DNA of 64,000 nt from the NCBI GenBank assembly GCA_035547315.1, contig DASZVH010000008.1, forward strand, positions 33,233-97,232, given 5' to 3'. A program made the translations under genes and the position numbers. Position 1 is the stretch's first letter, and every line of letters begins with the position of its first letter. Shown here piece after piece: positions 1 to 10,246 of this stretch. Origin of the DNA: Minisyncoccota bacterium. Lineage in GTDB: Bacteria > Patescibacteriota > Minisyncoccia > Phycocordibacterales > Phycocordibacteraceae. A model generated the notes under the pieces. The model was not told where the DNA came from. It ran no database searches and saw only the letters and a list, made by a program, of their open reading frames with translations.

Positions 1-48
1 CTCGGGAGCGCGCAGGCGGATGCCGCCGCGCCCCTGAGCGAGGCTGCG

Positions 49-363
49 ATGGCCGGGCGGGCGGCCTCGTGTCTGGGCCTTGGTCTCGGCGCGGCGGCGC
101 TTGTCAGCGGCAATTTCACCGAGCCGGGAGCGGCGGCCCAGACGGGCCCGCTGCCCGCCGACGCGCCGAAGCGCATGCGTTTCCTCATCGTCTCGCCCGC
201 AGGCGCCTGCACGCTCGGCAGCGAGATGGAGATCGCCCCGGAGGGGGAGTTCGCGTATCTCTGGCTCGAGCAGCCCGCGGCCAAAGAGCCGCGCCAGTTT
301 ATCCTGCTCGAGCTCCAAGAGCTGCCGGGCGGCGCGCGCGAGTTCGCGGGCGCCGGATACTGA
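49..363 (+). CDS. hypothetical protein (reading frame is open to the window start, so it may be 5'-partial)
   Basis: ORF in frame 1 with no upstream stop before position 1. It ends just before a strong rho-independent terminator. No recognisable domain. Confidence 0.3.
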   Translation: MAGRAASCLGLGLGAAALVSGNFTEPGAAAQTGPLPADAPKRMRFLIVSPAGACTLGSEMEIAPEGEFAYLWLEQPAAKEPRQFILLELQELPGGAREFAGAGY

Positions 364-365
364 TA

Positions 366-397
366 AAAAGCGGGGCGCTCGCGCGCCCCGCTTTTTC
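366..397. terminator. bidirectional rho-independent terminator
   Basis: GC hairpin AGCGGGGCGC-TCGC-GCGCCCCGCT flanked by an A-run 5' and a T-run 3'. Sits between convergent ORFs (49..363 on + and efp on -). Confidence 0.7.
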
Positions 398-445
398 CAT
401 GCCCGGCGCGGGCGCCGCAAGGAGGGTGCCGGGCGGCTCCGGCGC

Positions 446-1021
446 CTACGCCTTGCGTACGCGTTCGACGTACTCGCCCGTGTCGGTATTGATCCGGATG
501 ACGTCGCCCGTGTTGATGAAGAGCGGGGCGTTGACCGAGGCTCCGCTCTCGAGCGTGACCTGCTTGTTGCCGCCGGTGGCGGTGTCGCCCTTGATCGAGG
601 GGGGCGCTTCGGCGACCTCGAGGTCCACCTTCACGGGGATGGACACCGTGATCGGCTTCTCCTCATAGGTGCGCACCTCGACGGGGGAGTTTTGTTTGAG
701 CCACCGCACTTTCTCATGCACCGCCTCCTCGGGGAAGGAGAAGCGGTTCGCAGGCTTTCCCTCCTCGGCAAACCAGCTCTGCCCGCGGTTGGTGTAGAGG
801 TAGACCGCGTCCATCTCGCCGACCTCGGCCTCCTCGACCGTCTCGTTCTGATGGAAGGAGATCTCGATCACGCGGCCGCTGACCAGGTGCCGCAGCTTGG
901 TCTGATTGACCGGCTTCCTCATCTGCATGCGGAAGATGTGCGAGGAGAGCACCTCGTAGGGCTCGCCGTTATACTCGATCACGCTTTTGGGGAGGATCTC
1001 GTTGTAAGACAATACGGCCAT
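446..1021 (-). CDS. efp: elongation factor P
   Basis: 191 aa. Full-length match to the EF-P family (KOW-like N-domain with two OB-domains; motifs ...MQMRKPVNQTKLRHL..., ...PLFINTGDVIRINT...). Confidence 0.9.
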   Translation of the reverse strand: MAVLSYNEILPKSVIEYNGEPYEVLSSHIFRMQMRKPVNQTKLRHLVSGRVIEISFHQNETVEEAEVGEMDAVYLYTNRGQSWFAEEGKPANRFSFPEEAVHEKVRWLKQNSPVEVRTYEEKPITVSIPVKVDLEVAEAPPSIKGDTATGGNKQVTLESGASVNAPLFINTGDVIRINTDTGEYVERVRKA

Positions 1022-1115
1022 AGTGAACAGATCAGATAAGAGGTTTCAGGTGTCGGGGAAACCCCGCAACTGCAGCCAAGGTTATAAAAAGTAGCCCTCG
1101 CGGGCGACTGCGCGT

Positions 1116-1712
1116 ATGCTAGCAGATGCGATGGCATTTTCAACCCACGACGATACCGCCGCGCTCTCGGACGCGCAGATACTCGCGCGCGTGCGCCGCG
1201 AGCCGGAGCTCTTCGCCCACCTCGTGCGCCGCTACGAGGCGCCTCTCTTGCGCCGCGCCCGCAGCATCCTGCGCAGCCCCGAGGACGCGGAGGAGGCGGT
1301 GCAGGACGCCTTCACCAAGATGTATCTCTATGCCGACAAATACGCGCCGCAGGCGGGCGCTTCCTTCGCGAGCTGGGCCTACACGATCCTCAATCGCGTC
1401 GCCTACACCCGCTACCGCGCGCGAATGAGCGAGGCGGGCAGGCGCGCGGAGCTCGAGCCCGAGCACTACGAGACGCTGCCGGACGCGCGCGCCGAGTTCC
1501 TCGAGGACCTCACGATCCGCGACGAGGTCATCGCCGCGCTCGCCAAGCTCCCCGAGACCGCCGCGAAGATCCTGCGGCTCCAGTTCATCGAGGGCAAGAG
1601 CCAGGAGGAAATCGCCGCTTCCGAGGACCTCTCGGTCTCGGCGGTGAAGACGCGCGTGCATCGCGCCAAGAAAATGTTCAAAGAAGCGTATGATGAACAG
1701 CATCATGACTGA
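1116..1712 (+). CDS. RNA polymerase sigma factor, ECF (sigma-70 family group 4)
   Basis: Region-2-like segment (EEAVQDAFTKMY...ASFASWAYTILNRV) and region-4 HTH (SQEEIAASEDLSVSAVKTRVHRAKKMFKE). Confidence 0.8.
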   Translation: MLADAMAFSTHDDTAALSDAQILARVRREPELFAHLVRRYEAPLLRRARSILRSPEDAEEAVQDAFTKMYLYADKYAPQAGASFASWAYTILNRVAYTRYRARMSEAGRRAELEPEHYETLPDARAEFLEDLTIRDEVIAALAKLPETAAKILRLQFIEGKSQEEIAASEDLSVSAVKTRVHRAKKMFKEAYDEQHHD

Positions 1713-2037
1713 AACGAGCGGCATCGAGAAGCAAGTGATGCGCCGCGTGCGCCGCATCGCGCTCCTGCGCATCCTCATCTCGGGCGGCGTCTTCGCGATC
1801 GCCCTCGCGCTTCTCGCGCTCTATGGCCTCGGCAGGGAGGTCTGGGTCGCGATGGTATTCGCCAACGGCCCCTCGGGCTTCGCCGGCCATGCGTTCTATC
1901 TCCTCTACGCCTTCGAGCACACCCGCTTCGTGGTGCAGGCGCTCTGCCTCGTCGCGCTCGGCTCCTTCCTCTTCCTCGCGCGCGAGCTCGCGCGCTTCCT
2001 CTCGACGACGCTTACGCCTCGGCGAGCTTCGCTTTGA
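1690..2037 (+). CDS. small membrane protein, candidate anti-sigma factor
   Basis: Overlaps the sigma-factor stop, so likely translationally coupled. About 3 predicted TM helices. Assignment is by position only. Confidence 0.35.
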   Translation: MMNSIMTETSGIEKQVMRRVRRIALLRILISGGVFAIALALLALYGLGREVWVAMVFANGPSGFAGHAFYLLYAFEHTRFVVQALCLVALGSFLFLARELARFLSTTLTPRRASL

Positions 2038-3070
2038 TCTGTTTGAGGAGTTCGTTCGCGACTTGCTTGGTGTCGCGCAGGTAGGTGCGGGTCGCGTCGT
2101 AGCCGACCGCGAGCTTCTCGCCGTTGAACTTGTAGGTTGCTCCGGATTTCTCCACGAGGCCGAACTTCTCGCCCAGAGCGATCAGCTCGCCCTCGCGGTT
2201 GATGCCCTCGCCGTAGATGACGTCGAACTCGGTGGTTTTGAAGGGCGCGGCGACCTTGTTCTTGACCACCTTCACGCGCGTCCTGCCGCCGACCACCTCC
2301 TCGCCCTTCTTGATGCTCGCGATGCGGCGGATGTCGAGGCGCACGGAGGTGTAGAACTTGAGCGCTTTGCCGCCGGGCGTCGTCTCGGGGTTGCCGAACA
2401 TGACGCCGATCTGCATGCGGATCTGATTGATAAAGATGACGATGGTCTTGCTTCTCGCGACGATCGCGGTCAATTTGCGCAGTGCCTGGCTCATGAGGCG
2501 CGCCTGCTTGCCGACGTGCTGCTGGCCCATCTCGCCCTCGATCTCGTCCTTGGGGGTAAGCGCCGCCACCGAGTCCACCACGACCACGTCCACGTTGCCG
2601 CTCCTGACCAGCGATTCGACGATGTCGAGCGCCTGCTCGCCGGTATCCGGCTGGGAGATGAGCAGCTCGGGGAGCTTCACGCCGATACGCCGCGCGTACT
2701 CCGGGTCGAGCGCGTGCTCGGCGTCCACGAAGGCCGCGATGCCGCCGTGCTTCTGCGCCTCCGCGATGATATGGAGCGCGAGCGTGGTCTTGCCGGAGGA
2801 CTCCGGGCCGAAGATCTCGATGATGCGCCCGCGCGGCACTCCGCCGATGCCGAGCGCGGCGTCGAGGCCTATGGAGCCGGTGGAGATAGCGGGTATTTTC
2901 TCCACCTTGCCCGCGCCGTAGGTGGTGATCGCCTCCTCGCCGAACTTGGTGCGGATCTCCTTGAGCGCCTGGTCGATCGACTTCTGCTTCTCGCTCTTGT
3001 CCGCACTCGAGGCGCCGACCGTCTTCAAAATTTTTTCTTTCGCGGGTTTCTTGAATGCCATAGATAACAT
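2012..3070 (-). CDS. recA: recombinase RecA
   Basis: Walker [11 protein letters not shown]1/L2 loops, and overall collinearity with the RecA family. The start may instead be the Met at 3061. Confidence 0.95.
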   Translation of the reverse strand: MLSMAFKKPAKEKILKTVGASSADKSEKQKSIDQALKEIRTKFGEEAITTYGAGKVEKIPAISTGSIGLDAALGIGGVPRGRIIEIFGPESSGKTTLALHIIAEAQKHGGIAAFVDAEHALDPEYARRIGVKLPELLISQPDTGEQALDIVESLVRSGNVDVVVVDSVAALTPKDEIEGEMGQQHVGKQARLMSQALRKLTAIVARSKTIVIFINQIRMQIGVMFGNPETTPGGKALKFYTSVRLDIRRIASIKKGEEVVGGRTRVKVVKNKVAAPFKTTEFDVIYGEGINREGELIALGEKFGLVEKSGATYKFNGEKLAVGYDATRTYLRDTKQVANELLKQIKAKLAEA

Positions 3071-3396
3071 TATTCGACGACGATCGTGCGAGTAAGGGTG
3101 ATCGAACGGCCGAACCGATCGCGCGCCGACAGGGTAAGTATAGAGCTTCCCGCGGGGAAGGCGAGCAGCTTGACGAAGCTGCCGTCTTCCTCCGGGATCA
3201 GGGGCGCGCCGTCGAGCGTGAGCGCGGCCGCGCGGGAGACGCGGCCCGCGACCGTGACCGGATCCGAGGTCGCCTCGCCCGAGCGCGGCGCGGAAAGCTC
3301 GATCGCGGGGCCGGCGAGGAGCGGGTAGGCCTCGACGAGGCCGTAGACCGCGACCAAGAGGAGCACGCCCAGGACCACGAGCCGGTTAGAAGGCAT
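3070..3396 (-). CDS. hypothetical secreted or membrane-anchored protein
   Basis: 108 aa with an N-terminal hydrophobic helix. Overlaps recA start and ftsK end by 4 bp (operon-like). Confidence 0.35.
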   Translation of the reverse strand: MPSNRLVVLGVLLLVAVYGLVEAYPLLAGPAIELSAPRSGEATSDPVTVAGRVSRAAALTLDGAPLIPEEDGSFVKLLAFPAGSSILTLSARDRFGRSITLTRTIVVE

Positions 3397-5569
3397 CGGC
3401 GTCCGGCGCGGCCTCCTCGGGCGCCGCAGCGCCGGCCCGGCTCAAGACCTCGCGCGGCTTGGAGCCGTCCTGCGGGCCGATGACGCCCTTGGCCTCGAGG
3501 ACGTCCATGAGCCGGGCGGCGCGGCTATAGCCGATCTTGAGCTTGCGCTGGAGATAGCTCGTCGAGGCGCGGCCGGCCTCCTCGACGGCGGCCTTGGCCG
3601 CCTCGTAGAGATCGTCGTCGATATCCTCCTCCTCGCCGAAGGAGCCGCCTGCGATGCCGATCGCGTCGGCCGCGTCCGTATGCACGATCCCGTTGCCCCC
3701 CATGTCAATCGAGTTCAAATCGCCCGCATTGTGACTCTTTATATAGGAAGAGACTTTCTTCACCTCGCTCTCGGAGATGAAGGCGGTCTGGATGCGCACC
3801 GGCTTTTGCATGTCGGCGGAGAGATAGAGCATGTCGCCCGCGCCAAGCAGGGTCTCCGCGCCGCCCTGGTCGAGGATCGTGCGCGAGTCGATCTGCGAGG
3901 CAACCTGGAGGGCGAGCCGGGTCGGGACGTTGGCCTTGATGAGGCCGGTAATCACGTTGACCGAGGGCCGCTGGGTCGAGAGCACCAGGTGGATGCCCAC
4001 CGCGCGGCTCATCTGCGCGAGGCGCACCACGCCTGCCTCGAGCTCGCGCGGGTAGCTCTGCATGATATCCGCGAGCTCGTCGATGACGATGACGATGAAG
4101 GGCATGGACTCCGGCAGTTCCTCTGCGCCTTTCTTCTTGGCGGGCTCGTAGACCGACTTGTGGTAGGAGTCGATGTCGCGCACCGCTTCGGCCTCGAGAA
4201 TATTGTAGCGGCGCTCCATCTCCTTGGCCGCCCACTTGAGGGCGAGGATGGCCTTCCTGGGGTCGGTGATGACCGGCGTGAGGAGATGGGGGATGCCGTT
4301 GTAGAGGGTCAGCTCGACGCGCTTCGGGTCGATCAAGATGAAGCGCAGCTGGTTGGGCCCCCCGCGATAGAGCAGGGAGGTGATGAGCGCGTGGATGGCG
4401 ACTGATTTGCCCGAGCCGGTCGCGCCCGCCACGAGCGCGTGCGGAGCCTTGGCGAGGTTCACATAGTGGGGGACGCCGGTGATGTCGCGGCCGAGCGCGG
4501 CGAGGAGCGGCTTGTCCGAGCCGCTCCACTCGGCGGCCGCGAGCAGGCCGCCGAGGCCGACCATCGCCTTGGTGGTGTTGGGGACCTCGATGCCGACCAG
4601 CGACTTGCCCGGGATCGGCGCCTCGATGCGTACCGGGTGCGCGGCGAGCGCGAGTTCTAGATTGCTCGCCAGCGAGACGATCTTGGAGAGACGGACGCCC
4701 TCGGCCGGCTTGACCGCGTAGCGGGTGACGGTGGGACCCACCGAGACCTCGTCCATCTCGACGTTGATGCCGAAGTTCTGGAAGGTGCGCTTGATTAGGT
4801 TCGCGTTGGCCTTGATGTCGCCGACCCCCGGCTTGCCGCGGTCCTCGCCGAGGAGCGAGAGCGGCGGCGGCTCATACTCCGCGTCGATGTCGGGGATGCC
4901 GGGCGCGGCGTTTTTGCCGGCGCGCTCGCCGAACATCCGGACCTCCGGCTCGCGCTCCGGCTCCGGCTCCTCTTCCGCCGCCTCTTCGAACTCCTCTTCC
5001 GGCTCGGGAGGCAGCGGCACGCCCACCGCCTCGAGCTCCTCCGCTCCCTCATGGCTTCCGCGCTCGCGGGCCCGCGCGAGCAGGGCGGAGAAGAGCTCGG
5101 CGAGCGCGGCCCCGATAGCCTCGATGTCGAAGACGAGCGCGGCGCCGATCGCGAGGAGGGCGGCGAGCAGTACCAGCGCCCCCCAAAAGCCGAAGAAGGC
5201 GCCCAGCGCCGCCCCGCCCCAGGAGCCGGCCATTCCGCCAAAGGAGGCGCCCGGGAAGAGTCCGGCGAAGGCCAAGACCGCCGCGAGCATGAGCGCGACT
5301 CCCGAGAGCGCGAGCGGCGCGAGCGCGGGCCGGCCGAAGCCCGCGTACAGCCCGACCAAAAAGAGCGCGACGGGGAGCAGGAAAGCGCCGACGCCCACGA
5401 GCCCGTAGGCGGCGGTGAAGACGGCGCGGCCCGCGGGGCCCGCGTCGCCCACGATCGCGAGGGTGAAGAGGGCGGCGCACGCGACAAGCGCTATCGCCGA
5501 GCCCCAGCGGATGAGCGCGTCGTATTCCTCGACGTTCTCCGCCTTGCTCCGCCGCTTCGCGCGCTTCAT
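3386..5569 (-). CDS. ftsK: DNA translocase FtsK/SpoIIIE
   Basis: N-terminal polytopic membrane domain, acidic Pro/Glu linker, motor domain with Walker A GATGSGKS, and C-terminal gamma wHTH (YLQRKLKIGYSRAARLMDVLE). The ORF extends to 5635, but the Met at 5569 (MKRAKRR) is the more plausible start. Confidence 0.9.
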   Translation of the reverse strand: MKRAKRRSKAENVEEYDALIRWGSAIALVACAALFTLAIVGDAGPAGRAVFTAAYGLVGVGAFLLPVALFLVGLYAGFGRPALAPLALSGVALMLAAVLAFAGLFPGASFGGMAGSWGGAALGAFFGFWGALVLLAALLAIGAALVFDIEAIGAALAELFSALLARARERGSHEGAEELEAVGVPLPPEPEEEFEEAAEEEPEPEREPEVRMFGERAGKNAAPGIPDIDAEYEPPPLSLLGEDRGKPGVGDIKANANLIKRTFQNFGINVEMDEVSVGPTVTRYAVKPAEGVRLSKIVSLASNLELALAAHPVRIEAPIPGKSLVGIEVPNTTKAMVGLGGLLAAAEWSGSDKPLLAALGRDITGVPHYVNLAKAPHALVAGATGSGKSVAIHALITSLLYRGGPNQLRFILIDPKRVELTLYNGIPHLLTPVITDPRKAILALKWAAKEMERRYNILEAEAVRDIDSYHKSVYEPAKKKGAEELPESMPFIVIVIDELADIMQSYPRELEAGVVRLAQMSRAVGIHLVLSTQRPSVNVITGLIKANVPTRLALQVASQIDSRTILDQGGAETLLGAGDMLYLSADMQKPVRIQTAFISESEVKKVSSYIKSHNAGDLNSIDMGGNGIVHTDAADAIGIAGGSFGEEEDIDDDLYEAAKAAVEEAGRASTSYLQRKLKIGYSRAARLMDVLEAKGVIGPQDGSKPREVLSRAGAAAPEEAAPDADAF

Positions 5570-5682
5570 TGCTTCACCATTGTAGCAGAGCGCGCTCGCG
5601 CGCCCAGCGTGTGCATACGCTCTTTTCCGGGGCACGCGCGGCGGATTTGACGCGGCTCGGGCAGGGCCTATACTTGTCTTAT

Positions 5683-6426
5683 ATGGCGGATAATCAAGGA
5701 CAGGAGAGCCGTACGCTCTCGGTTGCCGGGAGAGGGCATCCTGATGATTTTGTCCTTGAAAAAGTCATATTCTCCAACGTATTTGATAAGGACATCCAGC
5801 GAATTTACATCTACAAGAAGGCAGAGCGCCTCGCCAAGGCGATCCACCTGGTCGCGCCCGGGCTCGCCGCCTCGCCCGCGCTGCGCGCGCGCGCCGAGAG
5901 CGTCGCGGTCGCGCTCGTGGACGCCGCGATACTCTCGGGCGCTCCCGCGCGCGAGGCGCTTGCGCGCGAACTGCTCGCGCTCTCGAGCGTCCTCGCCATC
6001 GCTCGGGCCGGCGGCGCGCTCTCGAGCATGAACGCCGAGCTTATCGCCCGCGAGGCGCAGCTCCTCCTCGGCGAGGTGGCCGGCTACGAGCCGCCGCGCC
6101 TTACCCTCGAAGAGCCGACCTCTCTGGCAAGCCTCGCGCGCCGCGCCGCGGGCGGCGGCCGCGCAACGCTCCCTACGGCACCCAAGCGCCCGGCCGCTCC
6201 GCCGCCATCTAAAGGACATATAAAGGACAGTCCAAAGGACTCCGGCCGCCGCGAGGCGATATTGTCCGTTATACGAGAGCGCGGCCGCGTTTATATGAAG
6301 GATATCTCCACGGTGGTGCGGGGCGTCTCGGAGAAGACGATCCAGCGGGAGCTTGCGAGCCTGATCGGGGAGGGGGTCGTAGCTCGGGAGGGGGAGCGGC
6401 GCTGGACATTGTATTACCTGCCCTGA
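5683..6426 (+). CDS. winged-HTH domain protein (DeoR/ArsR-like HTH at C-terminus)
   Basis: C-terminal REAILSVIRERGRVYMKDISTVVRGVSEKTIQRELASLIGEGVV resembles a wHTH. The N-terminal 140 bp of the gene is markedly AT-richer than its surroundings. The long ORF from 5569 is an upstream extension in the same frame; the ATG at 5683 is preferred. Confidence 0.5.
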   Translation: MADNQGQESRTLSVAGRGHPDDFVLEKVIFSNVFDKDIQRIYIYKKAERLAKAIHLVAPGLAASPALRARAESVAVALVDAAILSGAPAREALARELLALSSVLAIARAGGALSSMNAELIAREAQLLLGEVAGYEPPRLTLEEPTSLASLARRAAGGGRATLPTAPKRPAAPPPSKGHIKDSPKDSGRREAILSVIRERGRVYMKDISTVVRGVSEKTIQRELASLIGEGVVAREGERRWTLYYLP

Positions 6427-6685
6427 TTTGCTAGTGTTTATCCACACGGAAAGCGCCGCCGGGGCCTTGCATGCGCTATAGTATGCCGAGCCCTCGCGGA
6501 ACACCGTTTCCGTCGGGCGGGTCCTTGACATAGCGAATAGCGGCTATGCCGCAGTGCGTACTAACTCTTACCAGCTAACCCATGGGAGGCAGGTCGATAC
6601 CGCTTCCTGTGGGGTAGTGTGAAAGTGCGTCGTGCGGACAACCCTTGATTATTCACGGGCTCATTAAAACCCTTATCAAATTGTT

Positions 6686-9600
6686 ATGTCTAAAACGGTA
6701 ACTACCAAAGCGATGGCGAAAGTCGCGGCGGTTGCGGCCGGTCTCGCCGTTGCGGCGAGCGCGCTCACGTTCGCCCAGGTGGCGGACGCGGCGGCTCTCA
6801 CGCAGGCGCAGGTCTCCGCGATCGTCTCGCTCTTGCAGTCCTTCGGCGCTGATGCGACCACCATCGCGAACGTCGAGGCCTCGCTTACGGGCGGCACGGT
6901 CACGACCGGCGGCGGCACCACCACCTCCGGCTCCTGCACCTTCACGCGCGATCTTACGAACGGCGTGTCGGGCAGCGACGTGACCTGCCTCCAGCAGGCT
7001 CTTATCGCCGCGGGGTATTCCATCCCGGCGGGCGCTACGGGCTACTTCGGAGCGCAGACCACGGCGGCAGTCGCGGCGTGGCAGAAGGCTAACGGCATCT
7101 CGCCGGCGGCCGGCTACTTCGGCCCTATCTCGCAGTCCCACTGGAATCTCGGTGGCGGCACGACGACGGGCGGCGGCTCCACGGGCGGCGGCACGGTGAC
7201 GGGCAACGGCCTTAAGGTCATGCTCTCCCCGACCTCCCCGAACGGTACGGTCCTCGTCCAGGGTCAGGGCATCGGCGATCTCGGAGACTTCGTCTTCTCG
7301 AACCCGACCGGCTCCTCGATCACGGTCACGGGCCTCACCTTCAACCGCATCGGCGTCTCCAACGACGCGACCATCAACAACGTCTATCTGTATAACGGCG
7401 TAAACCGCATTACGGACTCGGCTGGAGTCTCCAGCTCGCAGTTCTCGTTCAACAATGCGGCGGGCCTCTTCACGGTGCTCCCGGGCCAGACCTACACGGT
7501 CTCGGTTCGCGCGGACATCGCGACGGGTACCTCGGGCCAGCAGATCGGCGCTTCCTTGGTCTCGGTCGCTTCGACGGGCACCCTCGACTCGTCTGACGTC
7601 TTCCCGATCAACTCGGGCTATCAGACGATCTCGGCGGCGACTCTCGCGGTGGTTAACTTCGCCTCCGGCGATACCTATAACGGTAGCGTCTGGACCGGCA
7701 GCACCCTTCCTTCGGGCGCGACGACCATCTCTCCCCAGACGGGCTACACCCTCTGGCAGAACACGGTCTCCATCTCGCAGAACCCGGTCTGGCTCCGCTC
7801 GATGAAGTTCACGAACCTCGGTTCGATCGACTCGACGAGCGTGCAGAACCTGACCCTCTACGTTGACGGCACCCAGGTCGGCACCGCCGTCCCGACGCTC
7901 GCGGCGGATCGCTCGGTCACCTTCGACCTCTCGGCGAGCTCGCTCGAGCTCAACACCGGCAGCCATGTCATCCGCGTCGCGGGCGACATCGTCGGCGGTT
8001 CTTCCCGCACCATCCAGCTCTCGCTCCAGTACTCGTCTGACGCGATGTTCGTGGACAGCCAGTTGAACCAGCCGGTCACTCCGGAGGTCAACTCGACCAA
8101 CTTCTCGGCGGTCTCGGCTTCCCCGATCACCGTTCAGTCGGTCGGTACTTCCGGCGTCTCGGTGACCCTTGATCCGAACTCCGCGACCAACGACGTCGCG
8201 GTCGGCGCGACGAGCCAGAACCTCGCGACCTTCGACATGCTCGCCGCAGGCGAGAACACGAAGGTCCAGGATCTCTATGTCTGCGCGACGGTCTCCGGAT
8301 CGGGCGCGGGCACGGGTGAGGGCCTCCAGAACGGCAAGATCTACTTCAACGGCGTGCAGGTCGGCTCGACCAAGAACCTCCCGGAGTGCGGCACCATTGC
8401 CGACTTCTCCCTCGGTTCTTCGTTGATCCTCCCGGCAGGCCAGACCTCGGTGATTTCGATCTACGCTGATGCGCAGACCGCGACCACCTCGGTCGCCAAC
8501 GGCAACAGCATCAAGATCACCCTCAAGCAGGGCAGCTCGAACGCTCAGGGCCAATCCTCGCTCACCTCGACCAGCGTTCCAGCGAATGATATCTCCGGCA
8601 ACGATCTCAGCGTGACGAGCTCTACCCTCACGGCGACGAAGGCTACCGGTTACGGCGACCAGGCGGTTGTCGCGGGTACAAACGCCGCGAAGATCGGCTC
8701 CTTCGTGCTCCAGGCCGGCTCGACGGGCTCGCTCAACGTGAACTCGATCGGCATCAAGCTCGGCGGCACGGGCACCTCGACGCTGCAGAACTTGAAGCTC
8801 GTCGATGAGTCCACGGGCGCGCAGCTCGGCACGACGCAGACCTCGCCCGGTACGCCGGCAAGCGGCAACGTCGTGACGTACTCGACGAACTTCACGCTCG
8901 GCTCCTCGCAGACCAAGACGATCGACGTCTACGCCGACATTCCTTCGGGAACGTCGAACAACGACACGATTCAGCTCTCGGTCAGCAATGCGGCGACGAA
9001 CGCGACCGACCAGAACGGCCAGTCGACGAACATCGGCGGCTCTGACGTGACCCTCCAGACCATTACGGTCGGTACGGGCACGTTCTCGGTCTCGATAGGC
9101 GCGGGCAACCCGGTCGCGGCGAACGTCGTGGCGGGTGCCAGCAACCTCGAGGTTGCGGACTACACCTTCTCGGCGAACACCGCAAGCTACAATGTGAAGA
9201 AGCTTGAGCTCACGACCGCGACCTCCTCTGCGGTGAACACCGTTACGATCCAGTACAAGGATCAGAGCGGCGCCACGCAGACGGCTACGGCCGCGATCGG
9301 CTCGGGCGGCAAGGCGCTCTTCTCGAACCTGACGATGTACGTCCCGGCGGGCAATTCGGCCGATCTTACGGTCTGGGTCTCCACGCCGACGATCGTTCCG
9401 CCGGGCTCGATCTCGGGCTCCAAGATCGCCTTCTCGCTGGTGAACACGGACGGCACGAACGTCCAGATCCAGCCGGTTGGCGGCGCCGTGTCGAACACGC
9501 TCGGCATGGGCTCCGACCTGAGCTCGGCGCAGGCGGGCTACGGCTTCTTGGTTCTGCGCAAGTCGGTTCCGACCTTCGCAGGCCAGAGCAGCAGCCAGAC

Positions 9601-10099
9601 GGCAGCGCCGAACACCTCGACCGTGCTCTACCAGTTCACGGTCTCGGCTGATCCGGCAGGGGCGGTTGACTTCAACCAGTTTGCGTTCAACGTCGCGACC
9701 AGCGGCAGCAACGCGAACCTGAAGGACTTCTACCTCTACGACTCGGCGAACCCGTCGATTGCCCTCAACGGCAGCGCGGTGAACCCGACGTACGGCACCG
9801 GCCTCATGAAGGTCTCGACGACCAACGTCGTCCAGATCCCGGCGGGCGGCTCCAAGACCTTCATCCTGAAGGCCTCGACGGGCAGCTTCGGCAACGCGTC
9901 CTCGATGTCGATCAACCTCGCTCCGGCGGACGTTGACCTCATCGCAAACACGCAGGAAAGCTCGGTTACCGGTAATTACGTCTGGACGGATCGCGCCGCG
10001 AACAGCGACTCGAACGGCACCGGCGTGAATCAGTGGACCAACGGCTTCCTCTTGCGCGACTTGGTTGACGGCACCTACAGCTTCACCACCAGCTCCTAA
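6686..10099 (+). CDS. large secreted cell-surface protein with peptidoglycan-binding domain and tandem beta-rich repeats
   Basis: 1137 aa. Signal peptide (MAKVAAVAAGLAVAASALTFAQVADA). PG_binding_1-like segment (CLQQALIAAGYSIPAGATGYFGAQTTAAVAAWQKANGISPAAGYFGP). Then at least 6 divergent ~150-aa Thr/Ser/Gly/Asn-rich modules with recurring motifs (LTLYVDGTQVGT, KIYFNGVQVGST, LKLVDESTGAQLGT, DFYLYDSANPSIALNGSAV). Confidence 0.8.
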   Translation: MSKTVTTKAMAKVAAVAAGLAVAASALTFAQVADAAALTQAQVSAIVSLLQSFGADATTIANVEASLTGGTVTTGGGTTTSGSCTFTRDLTNGVSGSDVTCLQQALIAAGYSIPAGATGYFGAQTTAAVAAWQKANGISPAAGYFGPISQSHWNLGGGTTTGGGSTGGGTVTGNGLKVMLSPTSPNGTVLVQGQGIGDLGDFVFSNPTGSSITVTGLTFNRIGVSNDATINNVYLYNGVNRITDSAGVSSSQFSFNNAAGLFTVLPGQTYTVSVRADIATGTSGQQIGASLVSVASTGTLDSSDVFPINSGYQTISAATLAVVNFASGDTYNGSVWTGSTLPSGATTISPQTGYTLWQNTVSISQNPVWLRSMKFTNLGSIDSTSVQNLTLYVDGTQVGTAVPTLAADRSVTFDLSASSLELNTGSHVIRVAGDIVGGSSRTIQLSLQYSSDAMFVDSQLNQPVTPEVNSTNFSAVSASPITVQSVGTSGVSVTLDPNSATNDVAVGATSQNLATFDMLAAGENTKVQDLYVCATVSGSGAGTGEGLQNGKIYFNGVQVGSTKNLPECGTIADFSLGSSLILPAGQTSVISIYADAQTATTSVANGNSIKITLKQGSSNAQGQSSLTSTSVPANDISGNDLSVTSSTLTATKATGYGDQAVVAGTNAAKIGSFVLQAGSTGSLNVNSIGIKLGGTGTSTLQNLKLVDESTGAQLGTTQTSPGTPASGNVVTYSTNFTLGSSQTKTIDVYADIPSGTSNNDTIQLSVSNAATNATDQNGQSTNIGGSDVTLQTITVGTGTFSVSIGAGNPVAANVVAGASNLEVADYTFSANTASYNVKKLELTTATSSAVNTVTIQYKDQSGATQTATAAIGSGGKALFSNLTMYVPAGNSADLTVWVSTPTIVPPGSISGSKIAFSLVNTDGTNVQIQPVGGAVSNTLGMGSDLSSAQAGYGFLVLRKSVPTFAGQSSSQTAAPNTSTVLYQFTVSADPAGAVDFNQFAFNVATSGSNANLKDFYLYDSANPSIALNGSAVNPTYGTGLMKVSTTNVVQIPAGGSKTFILKASTGSFGNASSMSINLAPADVDLIANTQESSVTGNYVWTDRAANSDSNGTGVNQWTNGFLLRDLVDGTYSFTTSS

Positions 10100-10146
10100 G
10101 GGAGTTGAGGAAAGGCTCAAAGGCCACGAGCTAGGGATCGCCTAGC

Positions 10147-10184
10147 AAACGAAAACCGCCCCTATGGGGGCGGTTTTCGTTTTT
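10147..10184. terminator. rho-independent terminator (perfect palindrome)
   Basis: AAACGAAAACCGCCCC-TAT-GGGGCGGTTTTCGTTTTT immediately after the surface-protein gene. Confidence 0.8.
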
Positions 10185-10193
10185 ATGCAGGGA

Positions 10194-10246
10194 GTTTACA
10201 ATGCTCGAAAAGGGGGTTTACAATAAAGCATAAGAGGGTTAACAAT
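10194..10246 (+). promoter_or_regulatory. three 9-bp direct repeats (GTTTACAAT / GTTTACAAT / GTTAACAAT) at exact 22-bp spacing, ending at the ATG of the downstream gene
   Basis: Copies at 10194-10202, 10216-10224 and 10238-10246. Each contains a TACAAT -10-like hexamer. Candidate operator or promoter array. Confidence 0.5.

Noticed and set aside
1823-3067. 414-aa plus-strand ORF covering recA
   Set aside because: Antisense to a bona fide recA. Composition (Arg/Ala/Leu-rich, no motifs) indicates a GC-induced open frame.
6653-10120. 1155-aa ORF on the minus strand exactly antisense to the surface-protein gene
   Set aside because: Arg/Gly/Asp/Val low-complexity translation typical of antisense frames in high-GC DNA. 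The plus-strand ORF has signal peptide, domains and a terminator. No independent gene signal.
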